Below, piece after piece: positions 12,708 to 22,062 of a stretch of 64,000 bases of DNA. Within the stretch, counting starts at the first letter, position 1; each line of letters starts with the position of its first letter. The translations under genes were made by a program, and so were the position numbers. The DNA is from Tubulanus polymorphus. Lineage: Eukaryota > Animalia > Nemertea. Location of the stretch: contig NC_134025.1 in the NCBI RefSeq assembly GCF_964204645.1, positions 23,912,299 to 23,976,298 on the forward strand. The letters are read 5' to 3'. The notes below the pieces were generated by a model that was not told the origin of the DNA, searched no databases, and saw nothing but the letters and a program-made list of their open reading frames with translations.

Positions 12708-13936
12708 GTCGCAAGATGATTGTGTGTAGCCAAGATCATTTTAGACTGATGCGATACATTAAGATTAATGACATTGGTCGAGTCTCTCATTGTTATTGTT
12801 GTGGAATCATAGTTGAAAAATTAAAAGTTTTTATAACTCCATTATCCATTTTTCTTTTTTACTCAAAAGCTTTTCTAAGTATGAACAGAATCTTTCATGT
12901 ACATGTATACAATACTGTTATGCATTACATCTCAGTCTACTGTATTATAATGTACCAAGGAGTTCTTGACTATTGACGGATTGTTTCTGGATTACCGTAG
13001 ATATATTCGGAAGGTGGGCTTTGGGCCACACATGCGGTTCTCTGCGACGACCCAATGACATCAGTGCTTTTGCGACGTGAGTTGCAATTAGTCATTATTT
13101 ACTAATTAGTTGCACACCATCAGGCGAGCTTAGAGGCTGGCAATCAACGTGCTGAATAGTTATACTGTGAGGCGCTGCCACTAATTTCATCAATCGCAGA
13201 TTATTCATACACCAACACGAGTCAACGGTGGCAAAAGTGTATTGCCTTATTACAGTAGACTCCGCACGAGTTGAATCCGATCAACTAAGATAACCGTTCA
13301 ACTCATATGTTGATTGAAATATATTTTGGGCTACTATTTACGAAATTCATAACATCTAACTCATTATAGTCCCAAAATATCTGACTTGATAGAAGTCTAC
13401 TGTATAATCGTTGACTTAAAAATTGAAATGTTAAGTTACTGACCCTTTGGATGCCACACCAAACATTTTGAATTGAAAATGGACAACAAATACTAAACAT
13501 ACAACATATTATCACCACACTCTGAGGATGGTACAAAAACTCCATAAGACAGTAGTTCCAAGCTTCCAGATTTCTAAGAACTATGAGCAGGATGTCACGG
13601 TTTACAGTTCATGAATTATGGGCAAGAATTTGGACTTTCCTTATCCTCGTCAGCAAGTTATCCAGTCAATTCTGTGAGCAACAATCCGAAGAGTGGAGTC
13701 CTCATCCAAATACAAGAATACACGGTTTTAACATATCAATTCTTTATTTGAAAAAGTTTTATATATTCACAAAGATCGAACGAATTATGATGTAACATAT
13801 TCTTATTTAATAAGAATCAAACAATTTTTTCAATGTTGATCATGGTTTAACGTACTGGTCGAATTCAAATTTTCTAAATAATGCAAACAATCTCCTAATG
13901 TCTGATTGTAATAACACAAAATCACGATATCATCAC

Positions 13937-16900
13937 TTATTTCCAACAGTTCGCAATGGACTCTTCATCTAGTTTCAAAAATAACTGCTCTTCTTCCGAA
14001 GTAAAATTCCTGAAAAAAGACAGTGAAAGGTTAAGATAGAATAAGAAAATTATGTCTTTACAATAGTTCGTAAGAAATTTTCACAAGAAGCGAGCTCTTA
14101 CTTGATCTTAGCTTTGATGTTATCTTTCAATTCACTTGTTGCTTGTGAATCAATTCTTGTGTCTATTTTCCTAAAATTCAACCACGATGCCCAAGCATCA
14201 CGTTCACGACCCACAGACTTCAGGAGCTGTACATGATCATACCAGGCATGAACATCATCTGCAAATGCAATCATTAACCGATTTCAGAAAGACTACTCAT
14301 ATTTTGTTGGTAAAGTATACGCAGATTGAAGTACCTGAACACATTTGTATTGTCATACGAGATGATTGAATAGCTTCTTTAGTTTTAGTTTGAGCACAAA
14401 GCACGTGCACTCGCTTTCTTAATAGTATTTGAAACCACGGTAAAATAAATGCAAAATGTTCCCTCAATTGACTGTTATCTGTACCTGAAAAAACCATGAA
14501 CCATACAAGATAAACATATTTTGTATAGGAATACTGACCAACTGAAGATGTCGAATGCAGATAACAAGATTTTATTACCGGTGTCAGTTTCTGTCTTGGC
14601 CTTTTTGTTGACCTGGTAGCTCGATAGAAAATCACCGAACATTGTACCCTGTTCAACCAAACGTAATGCACTGAAATATACCAGTAAATGGATTTCGAAA
14701 TAAGCTTTCCGGTACTAATATTAATATATCTGTGAAGTTCTTTCAATACTTACTTATCTATCGCTGACGATGCTTCCTCCAGTTTTCCGAGCTGTATCAA
14801 GGCATGCACTAAATACACTGATGCAGACATATCGATGCCCAAAGCAGTTACTGAATCAGTTTGTTCACTTAATGTTCTTTGTCTCTTTCTACCTTTCGAG
14901 AGCCGAGTTGTATAGTTAAACGTGATCAATTGAAATTCCATTGGGTCAACAAATGGCGCTGGTAAAGCTTCCAACATACCGGTACAAGGTACAGGTGCTG
15001 GTGCACTGTTGGAGTCTGGTAGTGTCTTCATCGGCTGAAGAGTCTGGGTTAACGGTTGACTAGATTGTGATTCCTCATTGTTCAATATTGTTGGCTCATC
15101 AAATAATCCAGGTTCACTTTGACTTTGAGAATCGCTCAATGACTGAGAGAAGACTGCAGAATTTTTCGATAGCACTATTTCACAAATCATGACAGCGGTA
15201 TCAAACTTCTTTACTTTGACTTGCGCATAAGCTGCTTCGATATAGATTTGTCTGATTTCCGGAAAAGACTAAGAAAAACAGAGAAAGAATTCATTTCCAG
15301 TATTTATAGATAGATAAAATATTACGATTTTTACAATGATCTGGTTATACATTCGCATACCTTGATTTCAACAATCGGATTTTTCTCTTTTGAAAGGAGA
15401 TCAAGAAGAAGAATGTATTTTTCAGCTGCAATTCCATACCTGAAATACAAATAAATTTCATAGACATAACTCTAAGTTATTGATTCCTTAGTAAAAATAC
15501 TTGAATTCAATAAAACATACTTTTTTAGAATGAGACATCGGTTAGCGAACAGATAAAGTGCTTGTTCTAAAGATATGTTTGGTACTAACAAATCAGTTAA
15601 TCTATCTAACGTACTATCAATTAGGTTTTTTGCACAAGTAGCTCCACCATTTTCAATATCTCCACCATTGCCATCACTTAACGACTACAAATCAGAATCA
15701 TTAAAAGAATCTATCAGCATTTTCCAAGTTTATCTATCTACCTGAGGTCACAGTTGTGTTAACCTACCAATACTAGTAAATTTAAACACTCCAGCTCAAC
15801 ATCATATAATCCTTTCTGTCGGTACTGTGCAGCCACATTCCACAGGGGAGCTTTAAATGCGAAATCCATTGATATGCATTCCTTAAATTTCTGAATAGCC
15901 AGGTTGACTTTCCCCTTGAAAAATAACAAGGTTTTGGTGAGCTTAAGTAAATGGAATCATTTATGTCGAGCTCACAAAAAAATGAATTTACCTTTTCAGA
16001 AAACGCACATCCAACCAGATTATTCAACAATAAAGAAATTTGGCAATTCATGCCTCTGTTTTTTTGGACGTCACCTAATTGTTCAAATAACTCATCACAT
16101 TTCCCAAATTTCCAAAGTGAGAATCCTAAAAAAAAACAAACAAACATTTGCGATAGAGTAATATTAAGTTGTCTAAGGCTATATCTTGATAACTGAAGGA
16201 AAGGATAGACTAAAAAATGTTGACATACCATTGATAAGTAGTTTACTGGGTATAAGCTTATCATTATTGCTTAAATTGTTCAATGACTCTAAGCAGTTGC
16301 CCATATCCTGTTCAGTGCAATTTGTGGACAAAACCACGAAATATCCAACAGATATGATATGAAGTAAATCTCGCAGAAGAAAGCATTTCTGTCCACGTTC
16401 CTGATCGTTAAAACCCAACATCAAGCATTTTCCAATGGGACAATCCTGCAATATAACAAAGGACAGAGTCAAAATGTTCGTATTCTTTATATATTATCAG
16501 CAAATAACCTATAAGAGATCCTAAGAAAACATTATGACACTTATTGACGTACAATAGATTTTTTTGCTGTTTTCCATATCTGACCAAGAGAATGGCCAAC
16601 ATGTTCCAGTTTATTGCACAAAAGCGAATAGTAGATAAGCAGTACTTGAACAGCAGTGGTATTTGTGAAGAGCTCTGCAACAGAAATATCATTTTCATAC
16701 TTTTGAGTGCTGTAGATAGTGAATGAGACATGAAACCAATCACTGATTATTTTTACCTTCACTCTTGTCACCAAGAGCAATCAGAAATTTCAAAAGTGTA
16801 TTGATCTCATTTCCCTTCCACGACACAGACTCTAAACGGTTATCAATCTTCAGTAAATAGATGCCTAAAAAAGAAAAGAGTAGAAAAAGATTCAGGAAAA

Positions 16901-17504
16901 TCTTCTCACAAATACTCGTTTATGATCCGGACAAAATATATACGCACCATTGCATATAGTCTTAGTGGCCAATTTCAACCATTCCTTCTCGAAGATATCA
17001 GTTCTATTAGTGTTGAGCAACAGATATCCACAGTTGTAAAGAATTCCCAGTGAAAGGTCAAACAACTCAATGTCCGCAGGAAGACCTAGAATTAAGAATA
17101 CACTTTATACCTAATTTAAATGAAGTTCACTTAAATTTGATAAGAACATTTTTTACATACCTTTTAGAAGTTCCAAATAATCTTTATAACAGGTTACAAA
17201 ATTTTTCACATCCATCCCCTAAAAAATAAATATACAATGACAGTCGCCTCTGCTTAGCAATAGTCAAAGTTACGCTGATAAAACAAAATCTAATTCATGA
17301 TTTTATTCAGCTCCGATAAATTACCTCATAAATAGCAGTTTTGGACAACCATGATGCAGTATTACATGTATTAAGGTTCACTTTCGACAACATATACAGA
17401 AAGCCGATATCATCTGAATCTTTGTGAAGTGTTGATTCTATTTGCCGTTTACAATCATTGTATCTTCCCGAATAAAAGCTGTCCTCAATAATGGCACCCA
17501 TCAT
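13937..17504 (-). CDS. FANCG: Fanconi anemia group G-like TPR protein, multi-exon
   Basis: Spliced peptides LYLFANRCLILKKYGIAAEKYILLLDLLS, IYIEAAYAQVKVKKFDTAVMICEIVLSK and EAIQSSRMTIQMCSDDVHAWYDHVQLLKSVGRERDAWASW parallel, in order, recalled human FANCG segments ([90 protein letters not shown]). The start codon is less certain. Confidence 0.75.
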
Positions 17505-17920
17505 TTAACATCGAACTCCAAATCCATTTGAGACAATCATATCTCCTATACCTACAACAGATAACTAGATGATCTCAATTTCGAATAAAATACAGCGATC
17601 ATCATTCAGAAAATAAAACAAACTTCACTTACTTTTTTAAAATAAATAAACTGCTTTTATTGTATGTCCTGCAATGCATTTTTTTTTCATCTTTGAATTA
17701 ACAATTATATTCAGTCGAACACACAAAATTGTTGGAAATTGATTCACGCTTTACGTCTATTTCTGTACAATGTAAATCCATCTGTATTAGTTGTTCCATG
17801 ATCTCCATAAATGATTAATGCAGTGCAAACAAAATGCTTCAAATATTCCTCATTAGTAAATTAATTGATGATCCATGATTAGGTTAATTTTTTTTAAAGA
17901 CGATGAATGTTTTGAATCGG

Positions 17921-20900
17921 TTACTGTCTTTCCCAATGTATAAAAACAGCATTCAAAAGTTCGAGCTGCTCCGATGGCCAAACAAGTCGATCCGTATTCA
18001 ACTTGCCAGACTTCCCATTTGCAGTCATCTTCCATTGGATATTGGTACTTTTAGATAATTTCATGCCGCTCTCTTTCAAGTCCTTTTCATTGCAGTTGCA
18101 AGCCGAAATGCTTCCACAATGCGGCACATCGAAGATGATTCTTTTCGTTTGTTTGCTATCGACAGTAGTCACCAGTGTTTCGCCATTGGGCCGGACTTCG
18201 GTCGTCTGGTCAGACACGTTAGTAACGTCGAGTATCATCGTGCAGTAATCCGGCTTGTTCGACGGCATCACGTTCCAACTTCTGATCGCGAACAGAGGCT
18301 GAATTTCAATGTTGAACGCGATTGAACATTGTCGATAATAACTGTCGGCGTAACCGGGTCCACCGCTGTACTGTATACGCAACAAAGCATCGAAATCTTG
18401 CGAAACATTCTGCTCGTCTGCTGAAACATTCATAACACTCGTTAGTCGAGCGTCGCAATCGTTGTACTTGTAAATACCCTCGATTCGAACCCTTAACAAT
18501 GCCTCATCATTTGGCTGAATTGGAAGCTGCGACGCTAAATCTTCTCGGTTCCAAACCAATACGCGATTTATCAGATCCGACTGTAATTTCGACACGACCA
18601 CGCAGTCGACAAATTCGATCGGAATACAACCACTGTTCTTCAACGTAACCAGACATTCTTGATTTTCGCCGCCAAACAGCGTTACCGCCGCGCTTACAAT
18701 CACATCGGCGCTATCCCCGAGACTGCTGAAACAATCGCACTTCGGGTGAGACGTCGCGACCTCGAGCAACGGTAACGCTGGAACAACTTGTATCGAGTAG
18801 TGGTGGTCATCTTTCCGGTTGATCGGACAGAAACTTTTCACGCCGAGAACCGTAGTCGTGTAACCGGTTATTCGAAGTTCGCCGGAACCGCGCGGAGTAC
18901 CGAGTATTCGCACGGTACACGCAGCCGACTCGGGAGGTAGCGACAAATTCGTCGGATACGTTTCAAACATTACTCCGTCGGTTAGCAATCCCACATTGGT
19001 AACTTTCAACTCGTAAGGCATCGGGTTGACTACTTGAAAGCACACCTCGCAGACGTCGTTCTCTACCCATTGACAGCTAGTTTTCGTCGCGGACTTTCTA
19101 CTTAATTGCATCGGTGAATAGATGAACGGATCTGATCTCGCTTTCAACGAACTCTTCAATTTGATCGGCCGTCGATGCGGATGCAGACTACTCGGCGCGA
19201 ACGAGCACGCTTTTGGCAAGTTGGTCAAATGAACAGGCGGTAAAACCAACCCGCACTCCAACGTAATAGGCTGCATCAATGCTTCGTATTTATTCGTGTA
19301 TTGTTCGAGAACCGACGATGTGTCGTGTTTTTCCTGCTCGGTCAGATGGTTCAACATCGTACGCAAAAGAAACGTCATGTGTCGAATGGCTATCGCCGGA
19401 TTTCCCATTCGACGCGCTGAGTACATGAGCTCGTGAAGCACGCGGTGTTGAATGACCGGCCACCCGCTCATGCGATCTTCGGAAAGCTTGCCGACATCCA
19501 ACGGAATTTTGTAGCCGTCGAGACTTTGTAAGAGCAGTTTATGACACTGGCTCCAGCCCGGTTTCTGATGCGCGATGCATTGCATCGCGGCGACTCGCTT
19601 GAAGAACGCGGCTTTACGTTGGAAACCGATTTGACTATACAGCAATGCTAACGTACTGTAACGCTGAATCTTTTCTTCTTCGGTCAGCTGCAGATTTATA
19701 TAGACGACGTTGTTCAAGAATTTCGCCGCCTGTAATTGTTTCTTTTGCAAGATCAACACTTGACAGGCTTTGATGCTAGCTTCCATGGCGATAATTCCGG
19801 CGTCTTTATACCTGCTGTAGTTGTTTAACGCTTCTTTGTATTTGTCGATGATATCCTCGGCTGGCAGCACGGACTTCGAAGACCGACCGGTCGCCAGATC
19901 CAATCCGCTTGTACCGGTTGACGATGAACTAACGTCCTTCAACTTCAATGATCCGTCGATTTTAGCTCTGTGACTGAACGACAAATTGCGACGTAACTGC
20001 GGCTCGCGAGTTGGGGGATAGTTAATGATAATGGAAGCCGAGCATATTCCTTCGTTCGCACCGGCTAGCCAAAATAGATCATTGCATGACTTTAGACAGT
20101 CACTAGCTACCTGGTAATGTAAGAGTGCCTCTCCAGGCAACCCCGATAACAAACACAGGTCGGCTAAGTGTTTTCTTAAACGTCCAAGACATCGTTGGGT
20201 GTAATTTCTTCCATCCGCTTCCAGACCGGTCATGGTCTTCTTTTCGAACGGAGCCATCAATAGAGAGAGTTTATCTTTCTTGTCAATCGCTCGATCGAGG
20301 CGTTTACTTTCGAGAACCCAAAATATACGAATAATGAACTCTTGAATTTTTTCTTCTAAATCCCCGCCGGTCTCGGCGGAACCCTGATAGAGCCAAACAT
20401 CGGCACAATTCGACACTTCGCTAAGAGAAACTGAATCCGATCGATCGCTTTCTTTCTCCGATGATATCTCGACGCTTATCTTACTCGATCCCGATGCCGA
20501 CATTTCCGCTTTGCCGACGTCGATATTTTCCATGCTCATTTCTGATCCGCTCGGACTGTCGCTGTCTAAACTTATCGTTTCACGTCCCACCCCCGAAGCT
20601 TCGACCGCTTCCTCCAATGTTAGAATAATACTAGCATTCATTGCTGTCGATTCGATGTAACTCGCGTTTAGACTGTCCATATTGCCACCAGATTCCGGAG
20701 ACAATTCGTTCTCGCTCGTCGACGGACTTGCAAGGGTCGTCGTAACGCTAGGGATCATCGATTTTTCATTATTCGGCCCGACATGTTCTTTCGCATATTC
20801 CACACCCGCATTGCCCTTTCTCGATTGCGCGGAACCGTAACGCGGTTGCCGTTTGAGGGAAGAGTACCCGTGATCGCTCAACGAATCGGACTTATCCGTT

Positions 20901-21259
20901 TGTAAAATGAGCAACCTCGAGTCGAAAATCGTTGACACGTATTGCGATTTCTGGTATTCGAAAATACGCTTCAACGATTCGAAATCGGAAGCGTTTTCGC
21001 ATTTTCCCACGCAGATCAGCCCGAACACGCGTCGATGAGACTGAAATTCACCCCAGTCGTTGTCCTCGGTGCTGTAGGTTTTTTTGTAACGGAGGTAAAC
21101 ATCTCTTTGCTGATTCGGTATTCGAATCGATTGCAAATTCGCTATTTTATCAAATAGCCGGTTGAACGTTCGACGTTTGATATTTTCCCCGATCTGTTTG
21201 ACGAGTATGAGCAGAGCCTGGTGGTCTTCGGCTTTCGATGTATAGTCAGGAGTTGACAT
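17921..21259 (-). CDS. TRAPPC9: Trafficking protein particle complex subunit 9 (NIBP/Trs120), single coding exon, about 1112 aa
   Basis: The N-terminus MSTPDYTSKAEDHQALLILVK...DWGEFQSHRRVFGLI matches the family. Other motifs: RCLGRLRKHLADLCLLSG, GFQRKAAFFKRVAAMQC, GWPVIQHRVLHEL, DPFIYSP, QWVENDVCEV. The ATG is at 21259 (the ORF track starts earlier at a non-ATG codon). Confidence 0.95.
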   Translation of the reverse strand: MSTPDYTSKAEDHQALLILVKQIGENIKRRTFNRLFDKIANLQSIRIPNQQRDVYLRYKKTYSTEDNDWGEFQSHRRVFGLICVGKCENASDFESLKRIFEYQKSQYVSTIFDSRLLILQTDKSDSLSDHGYSSLKRQPRYGSAQSRKGNAGVEYAKEHVGPNNEKSMIPSVTTTLASPSTSENELSPESGGNMDSLNASYIESTAMNASIILTLEEAVEASGVGRETISLDSDSPSGSEMSMENIDVGKAEMSASGSSKISVEISSEKESDRSDSVSLSEVSNCADVWLYQGSAETGGDLEEKIQEFIIRIFWVLESKRLDRAIDKKDKLSLLMAPFEKKTMTGLEADGRNYTQRCLGRLRKHLADLCLLSGLPGEALLHYQVASDCLKSCNDLFWLAGANEGICSASIIINYPPTREPQLRRNLSFSHRAKIDGSLKLKDVSSSSTGTSGLDLATGRSSKSVLPAEDIIDKYKEALNNYSRYKDAGIIAMEASIKACQVLILQKKQLQAAKFLNNVVYINLQLTEEEKIQRYSTLALLYSQIGFQRKAAFFKRVAAMQCIAHQKPGWSQCHKLLLQSLDGYKIPLDVGKLSEDRMSGWPVIQHRVLHELMYSARRMGNPAIAIRHMTFLLRTMLNHLTEQEKHDTSSVLEQYTNKYEALMQPITLECGLVLPPVHLTNLPKACSFAPSSLHPHRRPIKLKSSLKARSDPFIYSPMQLSRKSATKTSCQWVENDVCEVCFQVVNPMPYELKVTNVGLLTDGVMFETYPTNLSLPPESAACTVRILGTPRGSGELRITGYTTTVLGVKSFCPINRKDDHHYSIQVVPALPLLEVATSHPKCDCFSSLGDSADVIVSAAVTLFGGENQECLVTLKNSGCIPIEFVDCVVVSKLQSDLINRVLVWNREDLASQLPIQPNDEALLRVRIEGIYKYNDCDARLTSVMNVSADEQNVSQDFDALLRIQYSGGPGYADSYYRQCSIAFNIEIQPLFAIRSWNVMPSNKPDYCTMILDVTNVSDQTTEVRPNGETLVTTVDSKQTKRIIFDVPHCGSISACNCNEKDLKESGMKLSKSTNIQWKMTANGKSGKLNTDRLVWPSEQLELLNAVFIHWERQ

Positions 21260-21769
21260 GGTGTCACGCAGTAAGGCTCGAGTACTAATATCAATAGTCA
21301 AACAGATAGTCTACACATCGGCTACCAAAGACAACCCTGATTCTGTAAAAATATCCGACAAAATATGTAAACTATGACTCCAGCAGGTATTAATTACTGA
21401 TATAATATGATTTCAAATGTTAAAATCGATAAGGAATAAATAAATTTGTTATATTTTATGTCATCTCGGTTCATCTCGGTAAAATACGTCATCTCGTTTC
21501 TTTAAGTTAATATAATAATGAGGACCGCCCTCTCTCCCTCACTTTATGCAGCCCACCCCAGCAGGGCCAAGGCAGCGTGTACCCAATCCCATGAGCTGTC
21601 TGTAAGGCTTGGATACACCCTTTATAGTTGGGTTGTCTAGTAAAGAAGGGAAATGATACAAATTTTGCATGATGATGTTCAAATTACCTCTGTCTTGTTC
21701 TAGTTTAGTGCAGTTTTTCAAGTAGCACCGCCTAGCGTTTTGTAAAATTACTTAAATGGCAGGATCTTA

Positions 21770-21941
21770 CGTCAGATAGCAGCACTATCGAAAACCGGTT
21801 TCAAAATTCTTGCTTCCCTTTTTTAAATAAAAAGGTATTAAATCATTAAGTGACACTGTGGCTTTATTGAAAAGAATTTTTTTCAAAATTTTTTGCTATC
21901 ATTTCAACTTTTTCTCGTCGATGACAATCGCTTGGGTAGCT
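21770..21941. promoter_or_regulatory. Probable bidirectional promoter between TRAPPC9 (-) and XDH/AOX-like copy 1 (+)
   Basis: Two leader-exon donors point away from each other: GTAAGA on the minus strand at 21770 (acceptor 21343) and GTAAGT on the plus strand at 21942 (acceptor about 22056). This is inferred from splice signals only. Confidence 0.45.
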
Positions 21942-22062
21942 GTAAGTAGGCTAAATTGTATTTTGGGTCATACTAATTGCAGACTAATACCATTGGAATT
22001 TTTTTTATTACCCTCATTACAGCATTAGTGACAAACCTGAGAATAGATGTATTTAGTGTAAT

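Noticed and set aside
13625-13660. Second hammerhead-like motif (CTGACGA on the minus strand)
   Set aside because: The GAAA box after the putative stem II is missing.
18003-21165. Short plus-strand ORFs inside TRAPPC9, and similar antisense ORFs over other exons
   Set aside because: These are shadow ORFs of real coding sequence, with no recognisable motifs.
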